A stretch of 64,000 nucleotides of DNA from Candidatus Dormibacteria bacterium (GTDB taxonomy: Bacteria; Chloroflexota; Dormibacteria; Aeolococcales; Aeolococcaceae). The notes under the pieces were generated by a model that did not search any database, had not been told where the DNA came from, and saw only the letters and a list, made by a program, of their open reading frames with translations. This document shows positions 41,723 to 51,330 of the stretch, in pieces. A program made the translations under genes and the position numbers. The stretch spans positions 120,927 to 184,926 of the forward strand of contig JBPCLW010000042.1 of the NCBI GenBank assembly GCA_051002895.1, written 5' to 3'. How positions within the stretch are numbered: the first letter of the stretch is position 1; each line of letters opens with the position of its first letter.

Positions 41723-44407
41723 CTACCCGAGTCTGACAGCCTCACCATCTTCTACGGCAGCGCGCTCGCCATTCTGCGGCAGTGACCGAATGCGGCGGAG
41801 CACCGCGAACGGGGTCTGTTCATCCGTCTGACCCAGAGGGTTGTCGGCGAAGAGCGCCCCCAACGCGGGACGATCGATGCTGCGGCTGGTCCCGAGGATG
41901 TCTGCCGCGAGGTCATTGGTGTCGACGACGGCGACGTCGACGTCCACTCCGCTGCGTTTCAGCAGCATGCCAGCGACCTCCCCCGCAACGCGATCGGCGT
42001 CCTCGGGCGCCTTCGAGGCATGGGTGTTGTACGGCGGGATGGTGTGCGCTGTCGGTCCATCGATAGCCGCTACATTCGGGCCGGCGACGCGGTAGAACAC
42101 GCCCCGCACCCCCAAGGGGCGGGTGACCGCAGCAGCGGCGGCGGCGGCGATGATGCGGGGAACGCCCGCTTCCTCGATGGCAAGTTGCATGGTCTGGGGA
42201 CGGCCAAGGCCGATACCGATGGGTACTCGACTCACAAACCTCGAGAGCAGGCGAGCCAGAGGCGTCACCGCAATCTCGTCCATGGGCAGAGAGCGGCCCT
42301 GGGTGATCGACACCACCTTCTCGCTGAGGGCAACGACGTCCCCATCCTCGAGCTGGACGCCGCGTTCAGCCAGACCTCGGAGCGCATCGATCAAGGTGCG
42401 GCCCAGGTCGTCGCCGGGCCTCACCAGCGACGACCGCACAGGAATTCGTGCCCACGTCTGCGCGCCACGTTGGATGAGCAGATGGCGTCCGGGATTGGGC
42501 GACACAGCTGCAAGCAGAGGTTGCGCGGTGGTACCAGGGGCGGCGGCACGGTCACCGCGACCAACAAAGCCGAGATGCCAGCTTGAGTCATCCAGAGAGC
42601 GTGCCTGGGAGTCAATGTACAAACGCATCCAGATTTCGACATTGACGGCGCGCCAGAAGAACATCGACTCCTCGCTGCCGCCGGCGCAGGCAACGCGAAA
42701 TGCGTCGGCAACGCGCTCGGCATTCCAGAAAGGACGGGAGGCGAAACTGGGCGAGCGCATCAGCGATTGGATGGCGGGGCGCTGCTGCCGGAACCAGCGA
42801 AACTCCGGCGTGGTGAAGCCGATCTTCTTGCGCCGCGTCCGCACCCTTTCCGGGAGAAGCCCGCGGAACCCGTCACGGAGGATGGCACGGCTCCAGCCGC
42901 CACCAACCAGAGCCGATGCGGGCAGGCGAAGGATCCATTCCACGAGTTCCTGATCCAGGAAGGGCAGCCGCGACTCCACGGAGTGCGCCATCGAGTTGCG
43001 ATCCTCATAGCGCAGCAACGAGGGCAGGCTGAAGGTCTGGAGATCCTGGAGCAGCCGCTTTTTCAGGTCGTCCTGTATGCGTGGATCACAGGGGGTGCGC
43101 AGTTCACGCGTCCAGGTCTTGCGGAGCAGCGAAGGGACGCGCACTCCGCGCCGCCGCTCCCAGAGCCGGCGTCGTACCAGGGGACCGACGGTATCGAGAG
43201 CCTTGGCGGACTCCCGAGCAAAGTCAACGTAGCGCTTGTCGCGGAGGAGCTGGCGCAGGTAGACGTACTGGTACGGGACGTAGCCGGCGAGGAGCTCGTC
43301 ACCCGCCTGACCGTCGAGCAGCACGGTGACCTTCTCACTCGCCGCCCGCATCACCGACCACATCGCGTACGGCGCTGTACTGACCATCGGCTCCTCGGCG
43401 AACCAGATCCAAGCCTCGAGTTCCTCGATCCACTGTTCCGAGGTCGGCTTCACCCACGTTGGATCGGCCGCGGTCACCGCCAGCACCGCGTCCATGTACG
43501 GCTTCTCATCGATGGGATCACCGGGGAAAATCGCGGAGAACGTCTTCAGTCGGCCTCCCAGTGACGTCGAATCGGGAACCCTCGCCGCGAGCAGCTGGTC
43601 CATGACGCAAACGATCGATGAGGAGTCGAGCCCACCGGAGAGACACGTTCCCACGGGTACGTCAGCGACGAGCCGTCGCTCCACTGCCTTGGTGAAGAGG
43701 CGGCGGAACTCCGCCGGATCGGGATCGGCGTCCTCGTTGAGGACGGGATCCCAGTATCGATGCACGCTGACGCCGCCACCATCAACGACGGCGTAGGCCG
43801 CCGCCGGCACCTGCTGGATGCCGGCGAAAAATGTCAGGTCGTTGTGGTCGTAGAGTCCCCAGGCCAGGTACTCGTAGAGTTGCTGCTCGTCGACGCGGCG
43901 CGGGAACGTCGCATCCTGAAGGATTGACTTGATCTCCGACGCGAAGACCACACGGTCGTCGTGCTGCGCATAGAAGAGCGGCTTGATGCCGAAGTGGTCA
44001 CGGCAGAGGATGAGGCGCGGTTCACTTCCGCGCTCGTCGAGCAGCGCCAGGGCCCACATTCCGTTGAAGCGCGAAAAGGCGGTTGGTCCCCAGGCGGCGA
44101 AGGCGTGGAGCGCAACTTCGGTGTCAGAACTGGTCTGAAAGGTGCGGCCCTGCGCCTCGAGATCAGCGCGCAACTCGCGATAGTTGTAGATCTCGCCGTT
44201 GTAGATGATGGTGAGCCGGCCGCCATCGGTCGAGATCGGCTGGTCACCCGTGGCCAGGTCGATGATCGAGAGCCGGCGAAAGCCCAGACTGGCCGCGGAA
44301 GTCTCGTGGAAGCCATCACCGTTGGGCCCGCGATGCAGCTGCGCAGCAGTCATGTCGCGAAGGAGCGCGCTATCGCGACGGCCGTAGAACCCGCAGATCC
44401 CGCACAT
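41723..44407 (-). CDS. glutamine-hydrolysing asparagine-synthetase-type amidotransferase fused to a C-terminal CofE-like (F420-0:gamma-glutamyl ligase family) domain
   Basis: N-terminal MCGICG Ntn-glutaminase nucleophile; SGGLDSS PP-loop in the synthetase domain. C-terminal ~270 aa contains VRPGDDLGRTLIDAL...LEDGDVVALSEKVVSITQGR and VDVAVVDTND, matching CofE/FbiB N-domain blocks. Confidence 0.8.
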   Translation of the reverse strand: MCGICGFYGRRDSALLRDMTAAQLHRGPNGDGFHETSAASLGFRRLSIIDLATGDQPISTDGGRLTIIYNGEIYNYRELRADLEAQGRTFQTSSDTEVALHAFAAWGPTAFSRFNGMWALALLDERGSEPRLILCRDHFGIKPLFYAQHDDRVVFASEIKSILQDATFPRRVDEQQLYEYLAWGLYDHNDLTFFAGIQQVPAAAYAVVDGGGVSVHRYWDPVLNEDADPDPAEFRRLFTKAVERRLVADVPVGTCLSGGLDSSSIVCVMDQLLAARVPDSTSLGGRLKTFSAIFPGDPIDEKPYMDAVLAVTAADPTWVKPTSEQWIEELEAWIWFAEEPMVSTAPYAMWSVMRAASEKVTVLLDGQAGDELLAGYVPYQYVYLRQLLRDKRYVDFARESAKALDTVGPLVRRRLWERRRGVRVPSLLRKTWTRELRTPCDPRIQDDLKKRLLQDLQTFSLPSLLRYEDRNSMAHSVESRLPFLDQELVEWILRLPASALVGGGWSRAILRDGFRGLLPERVRTRRKKIGFTTPEFRWFRQQRPAIQSLMRSPSFASRPFWNAERVADAFRVACAGGSEESMFFWRAVNVEIWMRLYIDSQARSLDDSSWHLGFVGRGDRAAAPGTTAQPLLAAVSPNPGRHLLIQRGAQTWARIPVRSSLVRPGDDLGRTLIDALRGLAERGVQLEDGDVVALSEKVVSITQGRSLPMDEIAVTPLARLLSRFVSRVPIGIGLGRPQTMQLAIEEAGVPRIIAAAAAAAVTRPLGVRGVFYRVAGPNVAAIDGPTAHTIPPYNTHASKAPEDADRVAGEVAGMLLKRSGVDVDVAVVDTNDLAADILGTSRSIDRPALGALFADNPLGQTDEQTPFAVLRRIRSLPQNGERAAVEDGEAVRLG

Positions 44408-44445
44408 ATCAGCTTTCCCTCACCATCATGGGGAGGTTAACCGAC

Positions 44446-44475
44446 GAGGCCGCCGCGGAGTTCCGCGGCGGCCTC
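44446..44475 (-). terminator. GC-rich hairpin downstream of groEL (candidate intrinsic terminator; no U-tract)
   Basis: gaggccgccgcggag-tt-ccgcggcggcctc is a perfect 14-bp stem. Confidence 0.4.
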
Positions 44476-44497
44476 AGAAGCCAAGGAAACGGGACTC

Positions 44498-46165
44498 TTA
44501 GAAGTCCATGTCGTCCATGCCACCCATGCCGCCCATACCGCCGCCACCGTGCGAGTGGCCCCCCCCGGCAGCCGCATCGTCGCCGGCGTCGGGCTCGGGT
44601 GCGTCGGCGACGAGCGCAGAGGTGGTGAGCACCATGGTGGCGATGGAGATGGCGCTGGTCACCGCCGTGGTCACCACCTTGGTGGGGTCGATGATCCCCG
44701 CCTTGACGAGGTCGGTGTACTCCTCGGTGGCGGCATTGAACCCGTGATCACCGGTGAGGTCGTCGACGCGGCGGGCGACGACGCCGCCCTCGAGACCTGC
44801 ATTGTCCGCGATGACCCGAACGGGATCCTCGAGCGCCCGACGAACGATCCTCACACCAACCGCCTGGTCTCCATCGAGCTTCAGCGCATCGAGAGCGGAG
44901 CGGGCCCGAAGCAGGGCAACGCCACCGCCGGCGACGACCCCATCCGCGAGCGCAGCGCGGGTTGCATGCAGGGCATCCTCGACACGGGCCTTGCGCTCCT
45001 TCATGGCCACCTCGGTGGCTGCGCCGACTGACACCACGGCGATGCCGCCGCTGAGACGAGCGAGACGCTCCTGGAGCTTCTCCTTGTCCCAGTCGGACTC
45101 GGTCTCCTCGATCTGGCCACGAATCTCGGCGCAACGCGCCTCGATCTGCGTCTTGGTGCCGGTGCCACCGACGATGGTGGTCTCCTCCTTGGTGACGGTG
45201 ATGCGCTTGGCCTTGCCGAGATGCTCGGGACGTACCGCCTCCAGGCTGAGCCCGACCTCCTCGGTGATGACTGTCCCACCGGTGAGCGTCGCCAGGTCCT
45301 GGAGCATGGCCTTCCGGCGATCCCCGAAGCCCGGAGCCTTTACCGCCACTGCGGTGAAGCTGCCGCGCATACGGTTGACAACCAGGGTTGCCAGCGCCTC
45401 GGCGGTGACATCCTCAGCAACGATGAGAAGCGGAGTCCGCTCCTTGACGACGAGCTCCAGAGAGGGCAGCAGATCCTTGACCGCGCTGATCTTGGCGTCA
45501 GTCATGAGGATGGCGGCGTTCTCGAGCTCGGCAACCATCTCCTTCTGGTCTGTGACCAGGTAGGCGGAGATGTAGCCGCGGTCGAACTGCATGCCCTCAA
45601 CAACCTCGACATCGGTCTCGATGCCATCGCTCGACTCGATGGTGACAACACCATCGCGGCCGACCTTGGCGAAGGCCTGGGCAAGGAGGCGACCGATCTC
45701 AGGGTCACCGGAACTCACCGTGGCAACGCGCTCGATGTCGTCGTCACCCTTGATGGGATGCGACTGCTTGCGCACCGCGGCGACAACCGCCTGCAGCGCC
45801 GCGAGCATGCCCTGACGGATCTCGATCGATGAGGCTCCGGCGGTGAGTTGCCGCAGGCCCTCGCGAATCATGGCCCGAGCCAGGACCGTCGCCGTCGTGG
45901 TGCCATCACCAGCGACGTCGTTGGTCTTGATCGCAACCTCCTTGAGCAACTGCGCGCCCATATTCTCGAAGTGATCGGCGAACTCAAGCTCCCGGGCGAT
46001 CGTCACCCCGTCGTTGATGATCAGGGGCGCCCCGAACTTCTTGTCGAGAACGACAGTGCGCCCGCGGGGGCCGAGCGTGACGGCAACGGCGTCGGCAACC
46101 TGGTCGACACCGTGCTGAAGCAGATGGCGAGCATCGTGATCGAAGCGAAGTTGTTTGGCGGGCAT
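44498..46165 (-). CDS. groEL: chaperonin GroEL
   Basis: [12 protein letters not shown] motif and C-terminal GGM repeats ([14 protein letters not shown]); 555 aa. Confidence 0.95.
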   Translation of the reverse strand: MPAKQLRFDHDARHLLQHGVDQVADAVAVTLGPRGRTVVLDKKFGAPLIINDGVTIARELEFADHFENMGAQLLKEVAIKTNDVAGDGTTTATVLARAMIREGLRQLTAGASSIEIRQGMLAALQAVVAAVRKQSHPIKGDDDIERVATVSSGDPEIGRLLAQAFAKVGRDGVVTIESSDGIETDVEVVEGMQFDRGYISAYLVTDQKEMVAELENAAILMTDAKISAVKDLLPSLELVVKERTPLLIVAEDVTAEALATLVVNRMRGSFTAVAVKAPGFGDRRKAMLQDLATLTGGTVITEEVGLSLEAVRPEHLGKAKRITVTKEETTIVGGTGTKTQIEARCAEIRGQIEETESDWDKEKLQERLARLSGGIAVVSVGAATEVAMKERKARVEDALHATRAALADGVVAGGGVALLRARSALDALKLDGDQAVGVRIVRRALEDPVRVIADNAGLEGGVVARRVDDLTGDHGFNAATEEYTDLVKAGIIDPTKVVTTAVTSAISIATMVLTTSALVADAPEPDAGDDAAAGGGHSHGGGGMGGMGGMDDMDF

Positions 46166-46253
46166 GTCGCCGACCTCCGAAAAACTCGTGCGTACGAGGT
46201 GAAGAAGCGGGCAGCGCGGGCCGGCGTTCGACCCGCGCCGTCGCGGATGGGGA

Positions 46254-46556
46254 CTAGTTGGCGGCGACGACGGCGAGAATGTCCTTCTCGCCGAGGATCA
46301 AGTAATCGACATCGTCGATCTTGACCTCGCTGCCGGCGTACTTCGCGTACATCACGCGGTCGCCGATGCTGACATCGAGCTTGATGCGCTCACCGGTACG
46401 CTCATTGAAACGACCGGTCCCGACTGCCTCGATCGTGCCCTCCTGAGGCTTCTCTTTGGCGGTGTCGGGGAGAACGATGCCACTCTTGGTGACCTCTTCA
46501 CGGTCGGCGGGCTTGATGACGACGCGATCGGCGAGGGGACGGAGCTTCAAGGCCAC
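46254..46556 (-). CDS. groES: co-chaperonin GroES
   Basis: [12 protein letters not shown]...[17 protein letters not shown]; 100 aa. Confidence 0.95.
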   Translation of the reverse strand: MALKLRPLADRVVIKPADREEVTKSGIVLPDTAKEKPQEGTIEAVGTGRFNERTGERIKLDVSIGDRVMYAKYAGSEVKIDDVDYLILGEKDILAVVAAN

Positions 46557-46575
46557 GTGGGTGGGACCTCCAGAA

Positions 46576-46624
46576 TTAGCACTCGGTTGAGACGACTGCT
46601 AACACTCTACCCAACCGAGTGCCA
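46576..46624 (-). promoter_or_regulatory. two overlapping CIRCE-like HrcA operators upstream of groES
   Basis: TTAGCACTC-N9-GACTGCTAA (46576-46602) has one mismatch to the consensus TTAGCACTC-N9-GAGTGCTAA. A second, degenerate copy CTAACACTC-N9-GAGTGCCAG lies at 46598-46624. Confidence 0.7.
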
Positions 46625-46638
46625 GAGGCGCAACCGGG

Positions 46639-47322
46639 TCACCCGAGCGAGGTCTCCACCCAGACACAGGCAGCGACCGCCCACGGCACCGCCAGTTGAC
46701 GGTCGCCTCGCCGCACGCTGAGGGGATCACCCGTGGCCACCACCTCGACGACGGCTCCAGGAACCAGCCCGAGGGTGTGCAGGGAGTCGAGCAACTGCGG
46801 GGCGTCGTGCTCCGCGACCTCGGAGACCCGCACCACCGTGGCCCCTGCCCCCTCGGAGAGGGCGGCGAGGCTGACCAGGGCGGCGGGATTCTGGCCGCGA
46901 CCGGGGATGTGATTGCCGTGGGGACACGTCGCCGGCTTCCCAAGGTGGGCATCGAGTCGCTCGAGGACGAGATCAGAGAGCCCCTGGGCGAGGGCCTCGG
47001 CTTCCTCGTCTGCGGTGGCCCAGTCGAGACCGAGAACATCGACGAGCCAGCGCTCGAGAATCCGATGCCGGCGCACGATGCGCGAGGCAGCGGCGTGCCC
47101 GGCATCGGTGAGACGCACGCTGCGATCGCTCTCCACCTCGAGCCAGCCGTCACGGACGAGCCGCTGCAGGGTGACGCTGACGGTGGGGGCGCTCACCCCC
47201 ATCCATTCCGCGATCCGGCCGGGTCGAGCCACTCCCCCCTCATGGACGATGTAGTAGATCGTCTCGAGGTAGCGTTGCGCTGTGTCGCTCAGGGGCGCCT
47301 GAGTGGTGGAATCGAGCGCCAT
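46639..47322 (-). CDS. ideR: DtxR/IdeR-family metal-dependent transcriptional repressor with C-terminal SH3-like (FeoA) domain
   Basis: YLETIYYIVHEGG...RIAEWMGVSAPTVSVTLQRL HTH, metal-site residues, C-terminal SH3-like domain; trimmed to MALDST. Confidence 0.85.
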   Translation of the reverse strand: MALDSTTQAPLSDTAQRYLETIYYIVHEGGVARPGRIAEWMGVSAPTVSVTLQRLVRDGWLEVESDRSVRLTDAGHAAASRIVRRHRILERWLVDVLGLDWATADEEAEALAQGLSDLVLERLDAHLGKPATCPHGNHIPGRGQNPAALVSLAALSEGAGATVVRVSEVAEHDAPQLLDSLHTLGLVPGAVVEVVATGDPLSVRRGDRQLAVPWAVAACVWVETSLG

Positions 47323-47347
47323 GTCCCGATGGTACGCGTCGTCGGGC

Positions 47348-47551
47348 TCAGTCCTGGACGGCGTCGCGGAAGCGCAGGAGGATCTCCCCGGCCTCGCCGA
47401 TGGCCATCTCGTCGTGGGCGTCGAGCGGTTGCAAGGACCGGAGTTGTTCCATCGCTGCCTCAACGTCAGCGAGAGCGGGTAGTTCGAGACGGCGCTCGAC
47501 CGGAAGGAGCCCGTTGGCGATGCGGCGGGCCTCACGAGCGGTGTCGCTCAC
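47348..47551 (-). CDS. small hypothetical protein (67 aa)
   Basis: Listed ORF sitting between ideR and the upstream hypothetical gene; no motif. Confidence 0.25.
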   Translation of the reverse strand: MSDTAREARRIANGLLPVERRLELPALADVEAAMEQLRSLQPLDAHDEMAIGEAGEILLRFRDAVQD

Positions 47552-47626
47552 CGGATCCCAGAGTTGGCGTCGCCCATGGCCGAAACCGTAGCAGGGCGGA
47601 CCAGGGCCACGAGGGGTGGGTGCGGT

Positions 47627-48640
47627 TTAACCGCCGCTCGGGGGCTCCTCGTCCCCGCTCATGGCCATGAGTTGCTCGAGCGCTGAGCTCACCTGGTTGA
47701 GGTTCTGCTCCATGTCCTCCTGAGCAGCGACGGCGGCAGCCGTCAGTTGGGCGGCAAAGACGTTGATGTCGGGCAGGCCCTCGGGACCAGCTTTGATACG
47801 ACGAATGGTGTCGGCAAAGTCGCGCACCGAGCTGCGCGCCCACATTGCCCCCACCTCGTTGTCCGATCGCCCCTGGAGGCCGTTGACATCCACCCAGTCC
47901 TGGCGCAGGCCCGCTAGGGTGTTCTCCAGGGACCGGCGGAGATCCAGGATCGCGCCAGGCTTGGCCAGAACATGCGGGTCACCGAAGAGCTGGGCCGCGG
48001 ACCAGCGCATGGCCAGGCGCCACGTCGCCATCTGTCCCGCGCCGTCCGCAGCGAGCCCGCAGAGCTCACTGCGGACCGTGGTGCCGAGGGCGGTCGCAAC
48101 CTCTGAACAGAGATCGAGAACGGTCTGCGCATGGGCCGAGAAATGCATGCGGATAGGGCGCGCCTCGAGCAGGCGCGCATCCACCGCGACGAGGCCCACC
48201 TCACTGCGGTAGTCGTCACGGACGATCTCAACGAGGCACTCGGCGACTCCTTCGCTGATGATCGATGCCTGCGGATACCGCAGATAGGACGTCCACTCCA
48301 GTTCGGCAAGGCTTGCATCTTCGGGCCCGGCGCCATGGAGGCAGGCGTGCAGGCGCGCGTCGATGAAGCCGGTCACAACCTTGTGGTTCCAGCGCTCGTT
48401 GCGGTCATCGCCGAGCCGGCCGCTGGTGTACTCGCCCTCACAGAAGGCTTCTTCCTTCGCTGCCACCACGGGATGAACGGCAGCCAGCGCCTGGCGAGGA
48501 AGAAACGCGGCGTCTACCCCGGGCATGATGTCGGGGAGTTCTGGCCAGACGGCGCAGCGGGCATGGCAACGAGCCCCGAGGATGCTGGTCAGCACGCTCG
48601 GGGTGATGTCGTAGACGCGCTCGAGGTTGAGCCTGGCCAT
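47627..48640 (-). CDS. hypothetical protein (337 aa), Cys-containing N-terminus, adjacent to ideR
   Basis: Strong GC3 coding bias; includes CHARC and several conserved-looking Cys/His; not assigned to a family. Confidence 0.5.
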   Translation of the reverse strand: MARLNLERVYDITPSVLTSILGARCHARCAVWPELPDIMPGVDAAFLPRQALAAVHPVVAAKEEAFCEGEYTSGRLGDDRNERWNHKVVTGFIDARLHACLHGAGPEDASLAELEWTSYLRYPQASIISEGVAECLVEIVRDDYRSEVGLVAVDARLLEARPIRMHFSAHAQTVLDLCSEVATALGTTVRSELCGLAADGAGQMATWRLAMRWSAAQLFGDPHVLAKPGAILDLRRSLENTLAGLRQDWVDVNGLQGRSDNEVGAMWARSSVRDFADTIRRIKAGPEGLPDINVFAAQLTAAAVAAQEDMEQNLNQVSSALEQLMAMSGDEEPPSGG

Positions 48641-48691
48641 GGGGATCCCCCCGTTATTCTCCGTGCTGACTGGAGCCCGTGCGTCATTCGA

Positions 48692-49714
48692 TCACGCGTA
48701 CTCGTCGAGACTCGGGTCCACATCGAACGCGGCGTCCGCGCCGTGGCACCGGAATCGGTGCCACCCCGCTGCGGCGATCATGGCCGCATTGTCGGTGCAG
48801 AGGGACATAGGGGGAATGCTCAGTCTGAGTCCGGAGAATCGCCGCTCGACGGCAGAACGGAGTGCGAGGTTCGCGGCAACGCCGCCGACCACCGCAAGGC
48901 TGACGGCGCCAGTGCGTTCCACCGCAGCCTCGGCGCCGTCGACGAGCTGGGCCACGGCGGCGGCCTGAAAACTCGCGGCCAAGTCGGCACGAACCCGACG
49001 GTCGGCGGGAGCGCCCCCGGCGTCGACGGCATCCGCCCCGAGATCGCGAATCGCGTAGCGCAGCGCCGTCTTCAGCCCACTGAAGGAGAAGGCATCCTCG
49101 AGACGCGTCCGTGGCAGGGGGAATCGCGCCTCATCACCCTCGGCGGCAACTCGCTCCACTGCGGGCCCACCCGGGAACCCCAGGCCGAGCATGCGCGCCG
49201 CCTTGTCGAAGGCCTCGCCGGCGGCGTCGTCGCGCGTGCTCGCCAGACGAACGGCGTCACCATGGGTTCGCAACTCCACGGTGTCGGTGTGACCGCCGCT
49301 GACCACCAGCGCGACGTAGGGAGGTTCCAGCTTGGGGTCGGCGAGCCAGGCTGAGTACACGTGGCCTGCCATGTGGGAAACGCCGCAAATCGGCAGACCT
49401 CGGACCGCCGCCACCGCCTGGGCATAGGCGGTGCCGACGACAAGGCAACCGATGAGTCCAGGGCCCCGCGTCACTGCCACCGCATCGATCCCCTCCCATC
49501 CACCGACGTGTTGAAGTGCCTCGTCCACGACGGGGGCGATGCATTCCAGATGGGCCCGCGCGGCGAGCTCGGGGACAACGCCTCCGAACCGCTCGTGGAG
49601 ACTGATTTGCGAAGCGACCACCGAGCTGACGACCTCGCGACCGTCACGGAGGACGGCGGCCGCGGTCTCGTCGCAGGAGGTCTCGATGGCGAGCAGCGTC
49701 CCCGGCGAGCGCAT
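48692..49714 (-). CDS. tsaD: tRNA N6-adenosine threonylcarbamoyltransferase
   Basis: LAIETSCDETAAAV...GVSHMAGH blocks; the listed ORF has an 80-aa N-terminal over-extension. Confidence 0.9.
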   Translation of the reverse strand: MRSPGTLLAIETSCDETAAAVLRDGREVVSSVVASQISLHERFGGVVPELAARAHLECIAPVVDEALQHVGGWEGIDAVAVTRGPGLIGCLVVGTAYAQAVAAVRGLPICGVSHMAGHVYSAWLADPKLEPPYVALVVSGGHTDTVELRTHGDAVRLASTRDDAAGEAFDKAARMLGLGFPGGPAVERVAAEGDEARFPLPRTRLEDAFSFSGLKTALRYAIRDLGADAVDAGGAPADRRVRADLAASFQAAAVAQLVDGAEAAVERTGAVSLAVVGGVAANLALRSAVERRFSGLRLSIPPMSLCTDNAAMIAAAGWHRFRCHGADAAFDVDPSLDEYA

Positions 49715-49725
49715 GAGGTTCGTGC

Positions 49726-51291
49726 CTAGCAGAAGGTGGGCGATCCGAAAGCGGCGGGGACCAGCAGGACGTACGACTCCGGTTCGACGACGCGGTTCTG
49801 CCAGTAAACGCCACCGGTGAATGTCCGTGCCACCCGGTACCCGGGAAGGCAGACCAGCTTCTGGGTCGACGACTTGACGCCCACCACGATGTACTCGGGA
49901 CGCGTCGCTATTAACGTCGTCGGATCGTCGACGAGACCGGAGCTCGTCGACCACCGCCAGTACGACGGCCGATGACCCTGATTGAAGTTCATGAAGATAT
50001 TGTCGGGAAAGTACGGGAGGATGGCGACCAGGCTGTAGTTGAGCGCCGCTCCCCGGCGGTGGTCAAGCCCGTTGTCCTTGATGTACTGGGCGACGTCCCG
50101 ACTGGCCGAGTAGTTGTTGCCCGCGTCGTAGCGGATGCTGTTGATCGTCCAGTTGCCCTGGATGAGCAAAGTGATAACCATTGCCGCCGTGATCGCCAGC
50201 GCCGGCCGGTGGGACGGGGATGGAGTGGCAGCCGGCGCGACGCGATCGCGCTCGAAGGCGATCCAGAGGGCGAAGACCCAAACCAAAAAGAGGATGCCCT
50301 CATGCCACACGTTGAGGTACTTCAACGAGAAGAGCAGCAGCAGCGCCGTGGTGGGGAGGATGAAGACGAGGAGTGATCGCGTTCGCTGCAACCACCAGGC
50401 GGTGACGGCCAGGACCGCCACCGACACCACATTCACCGCTATCGCATGGGTGAGGTTGAGAGGGGCGGTCCGCGCTAGATGGAAGAGGTCGAAGTTCCAG
50501 CCTGCAGCGGCGGCGAGGTCGCCCGCCGGACGCATGGTGAACGCCGCTCCCGCCGCGACCACGCCGAACCCCACCAGAGCGATGATGTGGCGGCGCCGAA
50601 GCGCCGGTTGCAGCTCCCCCCAACGTGTGCGGAGGTCGAGCAGGTGGACGAGCTGCAGCGAACCCGCGATCAGAAGACCATGCAGGCTGACGGTGCTGAG
50701 CAGAGCCAGGAGCGCGCTCCAGCGCCAGGGGTGTTCCAGCTTGCGAGAGTGGACATGAGCCGCCAGGAACAGAATCGGAGCGAGCAGGCAATAGCTCCGC
50801 GCCACCACCCCGTACTGATAGAGGATGAAGAAGGAAAAAGGGAACAGCACCCGCACCAGCGCGGGGAACGGGGCGCGACGGACAAAGATAAACACCCCAA
50901 CCACCGAGATGAGCGCGGCAATCACGTTGATGGAGATGTACGGCAGGTTCAGCTTCGCGGCGGGCATGAGCAGCAGGTGCCAGAGCGGCGGCGAGCCCTC
51001 GTAACGCATCCTTGTGGTCAGCAGATCCAGCGGTGACGCGTCGCGGGCAATCAGCCACGCTTGCGCCTCGTCGAACCAGGGCTCGTGCAGGGGCAGCATC
51101 GCCGTCAGCACTCCGGCGTACATGGCGACAACGCCGTACTCCCACCAGCGCGTCCAGCGCCGCCGCGGTGGCGGCGCCACCAGCGGTTCAGCGAGACTCG
51201 CACCAGAGGCTGCGTGGCCCGGAACAACGGTGACCTCCGGCGACGCAGCGTTCTCCTCCAGTGTCCTGGGGGAAAGCAACGCACTCAGCAT
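49726..51291 (-). CDS. polytopic membrane protein, putative GT-C-fold glycosyltransferase
   Basis: About 10 TM helices; FDE motif in the first extracytoplasmic loop (HEPWFDEAQAWLIARD); soluble C-terminal domain; 521 aa. Confidence 0.6.
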   Translation of the reverse strand: MLSALLSPRTLEENAASPEVTVVPGHAASGASLAEPLVAPPPRRRWTRWWEYGVVAMYAGVLTAMLPLHEPWFDEAQAWLIARDASPLDLLTTRMRYEGSPPLWHLLLMPAAKLNLPYISINVIAALISVVGVFIFVRRAPFPALVRVLFPFSFFILYQYGVVARSYCLLAPILFLAAHVHSRKLEHPWRWSALLALLSTVSLHGLLIAGSLQLVHLLDLRTRWGELQPALRRRHIIALVGFGVVAAGAAFTMRPAGDLAAAAGWNFDLFHLARTAPLNLTHAIAVNVVSVAVLAVTAWWLQRTRSLLVFILPTTALLLLFSLKYLNVWHEGILFLVWVFALWIAFERDRVAPAATPSPSHRPALAITAAMVITLLIQGNWTINSIRYDAGNNYSASRDVAQYIKDNGLDHRRGAALNYSLVAILPYFPDNIFMNFNQGHRPSYWRWSTSSGLVDDPTTLIATRPEYIVVGVKSSTQKLVCLPGYRVARTFTGGVYWQNRVVEPESYVLLVPAAFGSPTFC

Positions 51292-51330
51292 CGAGCTACA
51301 TTGGGCATGGCGGATGGAACCTCTCCACCT

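Noticed and set aside
41723-44407. AsnB-like gene as a lasso-peptide cyclase (C protein).
   Set aside because: The glutaminase Cys2 and the full Ntn domain are intact, unlike lasso cyclases. No precursor peptide, B1/B2 (RRE / transglutaminase) or D transporter genes are nearby.
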